Notes: generated by a model from the letters alone, not told the origin. A stretch of DNA of 63,326 nucleotides, filler included, from Catajapyx aquilonaris (GCA_000934665.2; 4 parts of 4 records of this genome joined end to end with filler, not necessarily neighbours in it), one strand, 5' to 3'; shown: positions 22,701 to 35,703, numbered from the whole stretch's first letter. Made by a program: numbers and translations.

Positions 22701-25659
22701 TAAAACATGGAATAGTCCGTTAGCTAAAAGAAACAGGGACGAAGAAGGAACAAGACACATAAGGGACCAACCACAATTACGTACTGGTTAAGCTTTTTTT
22801 TTTAGGTACTATCAACATTAAATGCATACTTAGGGATGGACAACTCATTACACCAATTCAAGCAACCCTGGAACTAAAAACCAACAAGATTCATGCAACC
22901 GCACATGCAAGGCCACGATGCTAAGCCCACTTCACCCGCACACACATACAAAGCGTACAGGGTCATGTGGTGTGCATGAGAGATACCTAAGTTGGTGTTG
23001 CGAACGACCAAAACTACGGTGGGCCTTCCCAAAGTGTTCTCCCAGTTGGACTTGAGGAAACTGATCTCGTTCTTGAGGGTGTCCACCATGTAGTCATGGT
23101 CAGAGACTATGTAGAATCGCTCCTGATCTGTCAGCTGCATGCATGAAGCACTTGTATTTTTATTCTTGTAACTCACATTTGCCACGTGGGCTTAACGTGA
23201 AATCTGTGTCACTTCGTTGAACCTTTTTTGAGCCTTGAATGCACATGATGTGTGTTCACCTACAGTACTCAACAATTTTTAACAGTTTCAAATGACATCA
23301 CCATTGCTGTTATTACTAAGCAAGCTACAAAATTTAATTTCATAAAATCTGATGCCATTATGTTCAAAATTATACACACCTGCTTTTAATGGTGTAGAAA
23401 CAATAGAATAAACACTAAAATACATAGTCACAATTGACAACTGCAGTATATGTTACTAAAGAAGTTCCACAGTTTATAATAATCCCTGAATTATCTGCTG
23501 TCATAAATCAACATAAATCAACTAACTCAGTAGTATTTGACGACACATAAGAGAGACCTTTTTCCACCAAAAATGGCTCAAAAAATTGCCCTGCGTCTTA
23601 TACACGAAAATACATTAAATGCATTTTTCCTGGATATGACCTGCTGAAATATGGGTGCGTCTTACATGGTGTCAAATACGGTAAGTCATAAATTTATTGT
23701 CACTCAGCATTTCCTCAATTGAAAAGCTAATTATGCCCTTACCTGCGGTGTGAATGCAAATATTCTATCCTGCAGAGTGTACAACCTGCTGGTGCTGAGG
23801 ATTCCCATGTCCTGCGACTTCCTTCCGCTCAGACCCAGCTTGTCATTTTTACCTGGAATGGACAACAGAAATTTCCCTTATCCTGTTCTTCACATTATGA
23901 AAAAGTGACAGATCTCACCTAAGTAAGCAAACAGCTTGCTCAGGACCCTTGCTGGCTGCACCTCCACGGGGCAAACCTCTCGAACCGTCTGCACATTGAT
24001 TTCAGAATGGTGAAGCATCTCTTTTATGGCCTCGTCTTCAGCCAAGACCACCACCTGGACCACAACATCCGGCTTCTTTTCAGAGCCCAATCGGCGGTTG
24101 AGTGGATCCAACTCTCCAGGCGCCAAGAATCCCTTCGAAAGATGAGTGTTTGATGTAACAACAACACAACAATTATCATAAGGAGTCAGTCGAGAACGAG
24201 GAAGAACAAATAGGAAAATGTGCAGCCAACATATTCATAAGGTTCAAATGTAACCATAAGACATTGCACTTTTTGATTGAGTGCGTATATTTTACAAACG
24301 TCACTGAGTTATTCAAATTTTTAAAGCACAGACACATACCTCTTGCAGCAGCCTGCCCACAGTGTACAAGCTCTGCGCCCACATGAACGGACACCTCCCT
24401 AAAGGCTCCCTATCCTGGCTCCCTGGATGCTTGTACTCCTCCGCAACATTCTCTGCTGGAACCGTGTACAGTTCTGGAACAAGGCCTATCCCAGTGCTGC
24501 CCCGGATCATGATATCATCCAGGGCCACGGAGTACTCGGCCACAGCTTTCTTGTCACCTCTGAAGCAACCGTCAATTACCAGGTAACAGAAGAACAGGGG
24601 CCATTCACACTCAATGTTCTCAAACATCCGCAGCTCCCATGGCTCATAATAGAGGCGGTTTGGGTCCTCTTTCGTAGTTTTGTAGCCATCACGAAGGAAG
24701 CGCTTGCACCCATATCGACCCTTAAGCTTGTCCACTATGGTCTTCCGAGTGAGCTGGATCAACTCAGGATCATCAACGGCAAAGGCAGGAAAGCTGATTA
24801 CGCTCAAGAGTCCGCTGTCCACTTCCTTTGAGCCTGATTCACGTGGCAGCATTGACTGCAACACGGCTTGGCATTTTTCAGCCTCATCGGCCATGACCTG
24901 AATAGTGGAGTTCTGCCCGCCTCTCGCCCCGAACAAGTCCAACTCATCCATGGCTTCCAGGGCAGCCTTCGCCATCCCAATGGAGCTCGCATTCAGTTCA
25001 GGTAAACCCTGATTCGACTTGTCACCTCTTTCCCATATTCCGTAATCTGGGATGCAATAAGCTGACTCGATATAAAACACCAGATTCTGTATAAAGGTGA
25101 CCTCATCCGTATTGAACACTATCTGCAAACCAGACGCAGTCATTTGCGCCAGAATCAGCAGGTACAGAGAGATCGCATCAATCTGCAAATGACCCCAGTC
25201 CTCATCCCCAACAACAGTGGCTCCGGTCTCAGAGCTGTACTTGGCATGCAGGGAATCAACAGGACTGTGGGTCACTTTAAACTTCTCAAGCTTATCCCTC
25301 TGCTTCATGAATGACATCAAGAGGCCACGCATAAGCTTCACGCAAGATTGCTGCAGCTCGTAAGTCTTGGCCCGATCTTCATCCGCATCTGCCATCTTCT
25401 TATACGCCATGCTGAGGGCCCACACCGCGATGATGCTGTACACATTGTCGCGGACCCAAGCATGCTTGTTGGTCAAACTTGCCGGAAGAAGACCAGTCAC
25501 CGGATCCTGCGGACAGTAACATTAAACAAAAAACCACGGGAGAGACTCACAAGTGGTCCAAGGCCACTCTTTACGTACTTGATGCTTCAGAATAGTTTCA
25601 TCCACTATTCGATGGAAGTTGTCCAGACGATGCCCTGAGTTGCTTCTGCTCCTCATCAT
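19748..25659 (-). CDS. PHKA: Phosphorylase b kinase regulatory subunit alpha, multi-exon
   Basis: Starts [12 protein letters not shown]. Motifs [94 protein letters not shown]. Ends in a CaaX-like CKVS*. Confidence 0.96.
22573..22723 (-). CDS. PHKA: PHKA alternative exon B (151 nt)
   Basis: ttttag|[50 protein letters not shown]+G|gtaagt; phase 0 in, phase 1 out. Confidence 0.8.
22987..23134 (-). CDS. PHKA: PHKA alternative exon A (148 nt)
   Basis: tgcag|[49 protein letters not shown]+G|gtatct; phase 0 in, phase 1 out. Confidence 0.85.
23529..23683. mobile_element. Small pogo/Tigger-like MITE in a PHKA intron
   Basis: Degenerate inverted ends GTATTTGACGACACATAAGA and TCTTACATGGTGTCAAATACGGTA. 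Confidence 0.55.
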
Positions 25660-26233
25660 GGCCTCCTTCCAGCCTTGGAATGTCCAGCTAAATACAATAC
25701 ACAACTCTCTCTCTTTCTTGTGTGTGGATCCAGCTATCCCGCCATCTTTTCTTCCCGAACAGTGAAGAGTGAACCGTGAAGGAAACACTGCGAGTACTTA
25801 GCTTGCACAGCGCTATCTGTTGGTAACTAGGAACAGTACAGAGATGTAAATCAGATTGAATCTAATTTTTGCACACACTGGAACGCGCCATTTTGGAATA
25901 CAACAGGAGTGCCAATCTACATGTTCCACATATCCACAATTAAAACGCTGTAATTGAGAATACGTATATATTTTTTTCAAATTAATTGTGCCTCCCATTT
26001 TGATAGCCATGGACACGCAAATATTGTAATTAAAATTCTAATATCATATGTGCTGTTGGCAATCCTTCAAGAGCCTAGAATCATCTCGTTCCATCAGCAA
26101 AAATCACGTAAGTCCCTTAATTGCTCATTAGTACTTAGCAATGCCCAGCTAATTGTTGTGCAGAATATGACCTGGTGTGTTTAGGTTGAGTTGACTAACC
26201 ATTTGGGGTTCCAGAGAGCAGGGCTGATAGACC

Positions 26234-26639
26234 ATGGGTGGACTTCACTTCGGCAACTTGGCCAAGGTCCGTGGGATCATCACCTACCGACTGTCCCCTT
26301 TTGAGCAGAGGGCCTTCGCTGGGGTCATCAGCCATGGGGTGCCCAACACCATCCGGAGGATCAGGAGCAACATTTTTAAGGTTGCACCACGTAAGGATGA
26401 TTGTACAGGATTTTAAAGTTTAGAAGCCGTTCACAACCGCTGAAGAACATTCTGCGCACAAAGATTGACCTTAGCAGATTAAGTTGTAACTAGCATGAAA
26501 AGCATGTGCACAAACAGTAATTGAATGATACGTATCCTTTGCAGCCTTTATCATTGGGTACATGCTCTTCGACTGGGTTGAGAAGGAGCATCACCGCCTG
26601 ATGCGCAAGAACCCAGCCGACTTTGAAAATGACGAGTAA
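26234..26639 (+). CDS. UQCRQ: Cytochrome b-c1 complex subunit 8
   Basis: Exons 26234-26390 and 26545-26639 give MGGLHFGNLAKVRGIITYRLSPFEQRAFAG..KVAPPFIIGYMLFDWVEKEHHRLMRKNPADFENDE*. Confidence 0.95.
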
Positions 26640-26718
26640 ACAGTTTTGTCCCTCTGAAGCTAGTTGTTCACACTTAGGATGTAAATAAAAAAAGGAAATA
26701 TGGTAATCAAGCTTTTTA

Positions 26719-27458
26719 TTATGTTCTCTCATCCGCCTTGAACTCTCCGCCCTCCTCCTTAAACTTCGCACCCGCCTTCAGGAATTCTTCACGAACAATG
26801 TCACACTGCGTCTTCAAGTCTTTCAAGCCCCGCTTCAGTATGTCAACTGCAGGCGTTGTGTTGGACTGTATCCTGAAGTGCATCGTGTTTTCAGACGGAT
26901 GTGGGATGCTGTATCCGCAGAACTGAACATCAGGACTGGAAAGAGAGTTTTAGCTTCAATCCTACATATGCAGCAGGCACGCCATTAAAAAATATTTGGG
27001 AAAAATTGGGCACATACCACAGAAGTTACATGAGAATCACAACATGGAAACTATTATCCAAATTTCATGGTAATATGCCTACATAGTTGAACCAAAAATT
27101 TTAATAACACTCATATACTGACAGATGTTGCATTCAAAATGTATATGATGGTCCCAATGCTTTGTCAACGTAGTATAAATTAATTCTAGCATTTCTGGCT
27201 GCATAATTATGAGGCCCAATTCCTTATATCGGAACAAGTGTGGCCCTTGCTTACTACGTGACAACGATGGACCTGAGCGCATTTCCCAAGGTGTGTCCCT
27301 CTTCCCTGAAGACAAAGGTGCGGCAGAGGTCTCCGTACTTCTCGTCTCCCACGAGCTGCGGGTGAAAATGCAAACCACTGTTGATCCCATCCAGCCACAT
27401 TGTCCACTGCACATTCCCACTCAAGACTCACCACAGATAAACTCGGTTCAGCCTCCAT
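26719..27458 (-). CDS. POLR1D: RNA polymerase I/III subunit RPAC2 (AC19), 3 coding exons
   Basis: Spliced product MEAEPSLSV|LVGDEKYGDLCRTFVFREEGHTLGNALRSIVVTY|PDVQFCGYSIPHPSENTMHFRIQS..AVDILKRGLKDL..ERT*. Confidence 0.92.
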
Positions 27459-28079
27459 GACCTGTAGTTTCTTCAGACTTCAGAGCTTCAGACGTCTTCA
27501 ATCTAAACATGTGCTCAGGTTGGAGCTTCTTTATTTGATCGCCAGGTGGCTCTCACAACTGCATGAAGAAGTACTGCCATCTATGCAGTGGACAGGAACT
27601 AGAGTAATAATATTATTAATCACTGAAAATAATATTTCTTTGTAAGTGAAAAATACTGAGCTTTGACATAGCTGTGCTGGTCTGAACAACAACAAAAAAA
27701 TCTAATATCATATTATACGCATATAACATGATTAATAAATGATTCTCTATTCACAATATGCCTGCAAATTGATTGACATGATGGTGGTGCAACCATGGGT
27801 GCAACTGTAGAGGTGTTACTACATGTTATTGGTATTTTTAAATTTGCACTGTACACTTCAATCTTACAATAAAGCAATAATTGAATTTAAAGAAAAACAT
27901 TAATTCTTATTTTCCAGTAATACTGGTAATACACAACAACTCTTTACAACTACAGATACATCAAGTGTCACTGAGCACGGGGAGTTCTGGGCCATTCAAT
28001 GTGGGAGTGATAGTAATGAACCACTTAGGTCTTCTTCAGGCCAAGGAGAGGACGGGAAGGGATAGGTAGTGACAGGGAT

Positions 28080-28965
28080 TTACCCGCCTAAACTCCTGGA
28101 GCACATTTGCCAGTAAGAGAGTGTCACACATCAGTTAGAAATCGTGGTACGCGCCCAAATTTGGGCAATTTGCCAATCCCCAAACCTTCTGTGTGAATGC
28201 ATACTGCACAGGTGTAATGCCCTGGCCGGTCAGGGAACGGAAAAGCATCACGTGGGGGCAGGCATGTCTCGTCGAACTTTTGGCCATCGTCCAAATACTC
28301 GTAGCAGTAGACCCCTTTTTGCCTCGCACACTGTAGCACAGCTGGGTAGGTAATGACCTGGGCAGTGACACGTAGGTCAGAACCACCAGCCACCAGATTT
28401 TTAACTAGTGTCGAGGCTCGTGCTCAAAAAGTTCAATGAGTCCATGAAAACTATGTTGTTGACAGTCAGGTTTATGAACTGTTCGCTATTTCTCGCTATG
28501 ACATGGATTTTATCGCCATGATGTCTGGCTAGAGCCCTGATGATAAAATGGCTATCATAGCGAGTCCAATTATGAAACAGCAATGGGATTTTTTGGTCTA
28601 ACCTGAAGGCCAGATTGCATTTTTGGTGAGCCACACCCCCGAATTCACCTGTGAAGTGACAGTGGTCATTCACTATCACATCATTGTCGGTAAACTTCTC
28701 CTCGCAGATTGGCACGCATCACCAGATCTGATGGCGTCAGCCGGTCTCTTCCTAAAGGCCTGTGTGTTAGGCACCAAAATTTTCACATCCTGCTCCAATT
28801 CCTCCAGAAATTTTGCAATACAATCTGACCCGCGGTAAAGCCAAAAATTCCATACTGTACCATCATCCCGCACAACAACATACTATCCACAGCAAGGGAC
28901 ATGCCTTTCCCCCTGGATTATGCATTCAAGGTCGGCATAAACAACATACTGTTTGAATTGTTGCC
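28080..28965 (-). pseudogene. Polinton/Maverick-type protein-primed DNA polymerase B relic (exonuclease region with EndoVII-like insert)
   Basis: YVVYADLECI, YRGSDCIAKFL, ICEEKF..VNDHCHFTGEFGGVAHQKCNL, LFHNWTRYDSHFII, FMDSLNFLSTSLD, KGVYCYEYLDD..FDETCLPPRDAF, CPNLGAYHDF, CDTLLLA; stops and frameshifts throughout. Confidence 0.88.
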
Positions 28966-29319
28966 TGATTGTGTAATTCAGGTACTTTGAACACTCACAT
29001 GCGAATTCATACGGGAGAGAAACTTGCACTCTCAGACCGTCGCTCAACTGCCCGTCTCCGGCAACCAGAAATGCAGGCATGCATGGAGCCTACCTGTCAG
29101 GATAAGCATTGTCAATGTCAACGTTGCCAATATGACAGATATATTAGAGTACTATTTGAAATTCCTCTCTCCACTGTATTGCACAATATGGCTGAACCAC
29201 TCTCAAGAGTTACATTGATGTTTTCCTGCTGAGCCCATGTTTGCCTGTTTTATATAATTATTTAAGCATGATGGATATGATATTTCAAATTACTTGCGTT
29301 ACACAATTTTTCCTTGACA

Positions 29320-29643
<324 letters not shown>

Positions 29644-30494
29644 TCATGTGAATGATTCTTTTCCAGTGTGAATTTTCATGTGCTTTTTCAAATTATTTGA
29701 ATAAAGAAATTTTTTCTGGCACACATTACAAGTAAATTGCTCTCTATTCTTCTCTCGTAACTCATGAATGCACAGGTGAGTTTTCAAACATCTTGCCTCA
29801 TACCATCTCCGGCAAAAGCTGCAGTAACTCCTTCCAGTATGAATTATGGAGTGAATATCCAATTCACGCCGAGTACCAAATAATCTCGGGCATTTTCTGC
29901 ACTCATACGGATTCCTTCCTTTCTGTATCCTGTCCTTATCTACTCCATCTTCAGTGGTCTCTTGCTTGATCTGAAACATAAATAAGGAAAAAACAATTCC
30001 TATCATGCAGTTTGGACAGGGCAATAAGGCAGGGTGGCACAGATAACTGTACAGAATCCAAATTTCTACTACTGGCTACACCACGTTCCAAAAACATGAA
30101 CCAGTGTTACTACTACTGATGCATATTAACGTTTGTGCATCATGTCGTTTAGCTCTTTCTTAACGAGCCTGGGTGTTTGACTATTTGGTGTGACTTTAGT
30201 GCAAATGTATTGCGATTTCAGAGGATCACGTACCCTACTAATCCTTCTGGGACCGAGAGCTAAAGGGTCATCCTCATCCTGGATGGCACTGGACGTGACC
30301 ACCACCACCATCTCCTCCTCCTCCTCCTCCTCTGCTGGCTCCTGCTTGATCTCGTCCTCAATGAGCGTGGAGCCGGCATCAAAGCATGACGGGGTCTCCT
30401 CCTTCAGGGCCAGCTGCCAGGTCTCCTCCACGGTGATGCTCTCGTCTCCTCCTTCCTCCTCCGTCTCCTCCTTCACCCTCAGTGTCAACGACAT
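29644..30494 (-). CDS. C2H2 zinc-finger protein with acidic N-terminus (exons 30234-30494 and 29644-29970)
   Basis: MSLTLRVKEETEEE..IKQEP..DEDDPLA, a phase-0 intron, then three C2H2 fingers with HTG linkers before an early TGA. Confidence 0.75.
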
Positions 30495-31269
30495 GGTCCT
30501 GCAGGTCACGTAATCACGGCAAGCCATATCATGGAAGCTGCATTGGAGGAACATTTCTCTTAGGTGTGGAGATGTGCCCACTTACTCTCTTTGACAGGAC
30601 TGACTCGACTGAGCGCGACTGAGTATGTCCTGGTGCTAAACTCGCGTCACCTGTACTCATCCTAGTGTAATTCCAAGTCTCTCATTAGCGCGAATTGGAG
30701 TAATACACTTGAAAGTTGCTCACGGCTTCACTTTCTGACAAAACCGTCGCCACGTTGGATTTTAAACAAATGCCGGTCGCCAATAGTGCCAACACAAAGC
30801 TGTTAATATTATTAACCGTTAACCGTTAGTTAATTATTAGTTAATAAATTCATTATTCGTATTAAACCTAATACTGTGAATGTTTGCTAGTGCTCTTTAT
30901 AAACTTATAAATAATAAATAAATTTATTAATTATAAATTGTGAGCGTCTTTTGGCGACAGTGTTAAAGCGGGATATTCAAACTAGAAACTCAAGCGAATG
31001 CGCGAAAAGGGCTCCAACCTTATTATTATCCAGCCTTATATCTGGGTGTGACCATACTGTCAATGTTTTTGCAATAATTTGTAACATTCGTGATAATGGA
31101 ACAAAACCAGTTAACAATATTGCATGAGGAAGTAATACTCTGACCCCGTAACTTATCTCCGAAAATCACGTAAATGGAGATAAATGCACCATTGCACTCT
31201 TCTTTGCAAGCCACACCTGTTGGTGCGAAGCCGTACACCGTACCGTACTGTACTTGGAACGGTCGGGAT

Positions 31270-31580
31270 GCTTAAACGCACCCAGCCCAAGTGCACCTGG
31301 GACGAAACTCCCCAGGCCCAAACGCACCCTGGAATGAATGCACTCGGCCCCTACCGCATTCAGCCCAAGTGCACCTGTCCCAATATCCCCCAGCCCAAAG
31401 TCTCCCAGCCTAGCCGCACTTCGGCCCGGCCGCATATGAGCTTTGCTTCACCCGGCCTAATCGCACTCGGACTTTGCCGCACCCAGCCCAGGAGCATCTG
31501 CTCTAAGATCCCCCAGCCCAAAGTCTCCCAGCCTAGCCGCACTTCGTCCCGGCCGCATAGGAGCTTTGCTTCACCCGGCA
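31270..31580. repeat. GC-rich tandem repeat, ~123-bp period, with CAGCCCAAG sub-repeats
   Basis: ATCCCCCAGCCCAAAGTCTCCCAGCCTAGCCGCACTTCG at 31385 and 31508; GCACTCGG at 31340 and 31463. Confidence 0.85.
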
Positions 31581-31644
31581 ATCCCAGCGATTTCGTCGTC
31601 TTTTCTTACGTGAAGATAGGGCTGTATCCGCTGACGATAGGCCT

Positions 31645-31744
31645 NNNNNNNNNNNNNNNNNNNNNNNNNNNNNNNNNNNNNNNNNNNNTTAATTAATTAA
31701 NNNNNNNNNNNNNNNNNNNNNNNNNNNNNNNNNNNNNNNNNNNN
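31645..31744. other. Artificial contig linker
   Basis: N44-TTAATTAATTAA-N44. Confidence 0.97.
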
Positions 31745-33026
31745 ATTGGGTGAAAGGGGCCAGGACTGAGGGCCGGGGCCCCAGGACGCCAGGGGCCCCG
31801 GCGGGAAACGACCGCGTCCCGCCCGGGCCAAGCCGACGCTGCTGACTACTCTGGACTACCTCATTCCCAAAGATGAAAGATCCTGCATGGGACTCGTTTT
31901 GCCAGTGACAATGACAGTGCGACGCGTGAGGTGTGGATATTCTCCATCATAAGAACCCACACCTTCATCTCAAGTGTCCAATACCACCAGTGGAATTATG
32001 CAATCCCCTACAATTTAGTAGTTTAAGCATGTCCTTATGTACATCAACTACTTCTATGCCAGGCCGAGAAATTCATTGACTGACCCTCGCATATCGAGGT
32101 TTTGCTGTATTATCATTAACAACAAGTTCCAATAAAAATTATCATGTTACACCACCAAATCCATCCTGGAAGGGATTCTTTAAGAAAGTATAAAATTACT
32201 ATTGTTTCTTACGGAACGCTAAAGGAAATGTAGGGTCCTTTGGGTACAATATCATCATGGTTTTTCCCATTGCATGTTTCCTTATTCAGTCTTACTTGCT
32301 TGCAGGAACTCCCCGAGTCCTCAAGGGTATGGGACCTCAGAGATCTCTTCCTGCAATGACATATTATTATCAGTCCTTTTCACTTGCAAAACCTAACACT
32401 TCAACCCCACAAAGACCTATTGGCATGTTGACTGCTGTTATCACTTGAGTTACTGCTCCCTGCACAAGTATTCTGCAACCCATCACCAAGCTCCTTGGTG
32501 CCCTCTATCAAAGCATCATTGGCAGCACCTGGAATTAAAATATATTGACAAACCTTATGTTTCCAGGAAAGGAACTCTCAGTACTCATGGGTGGAGTCTA
32601 TTCAGGACAGGCTTTACAGGGAATTGAGAGCTCAGGAAGGGTGTATCCCAACCTGACTCAACATGTGTGGAGAAAAAGTTAAATTTCTACAATTGAGCAT
32701 TCTTGCTGGCTTATTTCTGTCAATATTCAGAGTTTTGTCTCCAATTTTTCTCAAATCTCATGGCCTTACAATCACTTCAGGATGCTGTGTCTTTTATCTG
32801 CTTTGGGCACAAGAATATCTTGCACCACAGTGAAAAGAATACACTTGGGGTAATTCCACCGTAACTGACGCAACATTTGGAAAGGGATTCATGCTGTACT
32901 ATACAGGGTCATCGAAAAAGACTGTCCCAATTTGAAAAAACCCAATAACTTGAAAACGTGTAGACATATCTAAATGATTTAAGTTTTGAAATGGTAAGAC
33001 ATGTCTGAAGTTTTTGTCTCATCTTA

Positions 33027-34203
33027 CAAGGGAAGGTCCACATTGTACATGGAGTTGCTGAATGAAACTTGGCACAGTAATAGAGGCAGGTAAGTCATTA
33101 ACCAAAATACAACAGTTTCGGCCCAGTGCTACAAGGTCAAAAGTTATGACCTTTTGGTGTCAGCCCGAACAGCTTAGCTTAGGAGCGAAGTTTCAGATAT
33201 TGCACTCAAAAAAGCAGACATTTTATGACATCATTGGAAAGGGATAATATTACTCTGATTACAACGAGCTATACAAGAACTGCTAGATTGCAGCTATTTT
33301 TGAGAAAATCGCTTCTAAAGTTTTTCGAAAAAAAATAATAACAAAATTATTTTCTCTCAAATTACATGTCCGATTGGCATCAAATCCAGCTTATAGCCTA
33401 CTCTTGAAAAATTTAGAAAATCAGGTTCCCTAATTTGTCGTAAGCCGGAAGCATAAACCACTTGCAGATGAAATGAAAGACATTGTGTGCATTCTTGACT
33501 CATGAACTTCATTTAAAAATCATGCTGCAATAGAGCAAAAAGTTCCACCAAACGTTAACATTCAATTGTGCCACGTGCCACCCAAGTTCACTGGGTTGGT
33601 GCAGCCCCTGGATGTTTATTTCTTCCGGCCATACAAAATTTTTGTGAAGGATGTAACTGATTTGTCTTTGTATATTGGCCCTGACTATGCAATCTGGCAA
33701 CAGGAGAACTTTCTTCTTCTACAGGCACTAACTCATTTTCAGTTTCCAGCCCTTTGGTTTGTTAACGTCATTAAGTAGGCATTTCACAAAGCTGGCTATT
33801 TGGAAGAGAGAGCCGGATGGGTTCCAAACGCGTTCCGAATTCTGCTTCGACTTCTGCTTCGGAGGTGTTATAACTTGAATGCACCTCGTATTCCAAGTGA
33901 TACATGCCTGCAATGCAGGAACTTGTCGTTTATGACATATGCACTTGTACAAATGTGTTTTGTTTTTGAACATATTATTAAAAACATGACTAAGTGCTAA
34001 TTTGCTATGCTTCTTTTTATCTACCAGTGCTTTACCCTTCCCGCTTAGGTATAAGCTGTCTGGGCTGACATCGAGAGGTCATAACTTTTGACCTAGTAGC
34101 GCTGCGCTGAAACTGTTTGCATTTTGGTTAATAACTTACCTGCCTATATTATTGTGCCAAGTTTCATTCAGCAGCTACATGTACAATGTAAGACCTTTCC
34201 TTG
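33027..34203 (+). mobile_element. Tc4/Tc5-like (pogo-related) DNA transposon, internally deleted
   Basis: TIRs of ~165 bp (CAAGGGAAGGTC / GACCTTTCCTTG). A TTA duplication in C-TTA...TTA-G reconstructs a CTNAG target. Internal relic VPPKFTGLVQPLDVYFFRPYKIFV..LLQALTHFQF..IK*AFHKAGY. Confidence 0.8.
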
Positions 34204-34588
34204 TTAGTTTCGATATGAACTTCATTTGTCGCTCAGCAGATAAAAAGGTGGTATTCGGTGTCTTGCCAAACCCTCTCAATCATATCTGGAGTTACCGTTG
34301 TGATACTATCCTGTAGGTGCTGGATATGATGGGCCTTTACACCACACTCAATGTTCTGGATGATGCACATAAAAAGTCGCCTCATCCATGAAACAAAAAC
34401 CTGCCTTAGGAAAGTTTCATTTGTTCAGCTTCCAAGTGTGCAAAGTCTTGAATGAGAAATTTCCCAATGCCTATCCTCCCCAGAAACCCAGATCTGACCC
34501 CGATGGACTCTTTTGTGGAGACACATGCATGGTGAAATGATTTGGCATATCCAGCACACACAGGATAAGATTTCAATGGTATTAAATA

Positions 34589-35144
34589 CCGTATTACGTC
34601 ACATAAAGCGGCATGCCGGTGTAGCCGAGGTCGACCAGTTTTTAGAAATGCACGATCTGGTGGCTATACCGGCATGCCTGTATAAGGTGAGGTTTTCACA
34701 TAAGTTACATTATCCTTTCTGAACTTGACATTTGCCTGAAAATCGAAATTCACGTAAAGGCTATCGAAAAGGCGCATTTTCCAAATAAGACACCCGTACC
34801 ATAATTATATTGTTTTCAATGGCAATCATCTCTATATAAACAGTATGTTAGAGCACGGGATTCCCCTGTCAAAGCAGGCTGACGATGGGATTGGTCATAC
34901 ACTCTACATTTTTTAAATGCACTGTGCAACAGAACTGACATATTCTCACAGCCTGTACACTCGTCCATTTTCATTGTAACATTATTTTAGTATGGTACCA
35001 GAAGCATTCAAAAAAATTTGGCAAGGATCAAAATTACAGAAATCTACCTCAGTTATTGCGGCATGCCGGCCATCCCCGGGTTATACCGGCATGCTGGTCG
35101 ACCTCGGTTTATACCGGCATGCCGCTTTATGTGAGGTAATATGG
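34589..35144. mobile_element. pogo/Tigger-like MITE
   Basis: TA|CCGTATTACGTCACATAAAGCGGCATGCCGG ... CCGGCATGCCGCTTTATGTGAGGTAATATGG|TA. Confidence 0.8.
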
Positions 35145-35703
35145 TACCAGACATGCCTGGGAGGGTTAGGCACGACACTGATTACTGTATTTACATTTTC
35201 CGAGTGACAAATGGAGCTCATATCGAAACAAACTATGGTGTGACTAAAACTTGAGACATTTCTTTGAATTTCAAAACTTAAATCATTTGGATATGTCAAG
35301 TGTTCCCTCTTTGTAAGCCCATGCAACACAAGTCTATCGTCAAAACCATAAAAAGATACCTTCATGCTGTCGGTCTGAGACATGATGGTGAGGAAGTCCA
35401 CTGCCGTCCTTATTGTTTGTGTACTTTGCTGAATCACCTGCCCGTTCCTAAAAAGTATATTTAAAGGCAAATTTATGAGTGTTGTCACATACATAATAAC
35501 ATTTAGCGGATATTATTCCTATGCACAAAAAAGAGACACTCAATATTTTTTACCAATTATGTAATTGCTAAAAAATATCCAGATGTCACAGTCACTAGGC
35601 AATGTTTCAAAATTTATTATGGCCACTGAAGATGGTAGGAACATGCAATAATTTTTATCCACATTTTGAAGGCAAACTTGTAATCCAATTATTATGGCAA
35701 TGA

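Larger units (their letters stand above)
32903..35310. mobile_element. Fragmented Tc1/mariner-type element(s) hosting later insertions
   Basis: TA|CAGGGT terminus near 32903. Relic motifs FMDEATF (minus strand, ~34380), PRNPDLTPMD (~34480) and RVTNGAHIET (~35200). 32960-33015 is an inverted match to 35245-35298. Confidence 0.6.

Noticed and set aside
27079..27460. ORF-track proteins of 83-113 aa
   Set aside because: Wrong frames across the POLR1D exons and introns.
28080..28965. Functional viral or Polinton replication module
   Set aside because: Multiple stops and frameshifts, the polymerase core is absent, and no capsid, ATPase or integrase genes are nearby.
31270..31580. CRISPR-like repeat/spacer array
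   Set aside because: The units are contiguous degenerate tandem repeats without unique spacers; the DNA is eukaryotic and no cas genes are present.
31184..31696. 170-aa ORF with internal repeats
   Set aside because: A by-product of the GC-rich tandem repeat; no ATG context, splice pattern or recognisable domain, and it runs into Ns.
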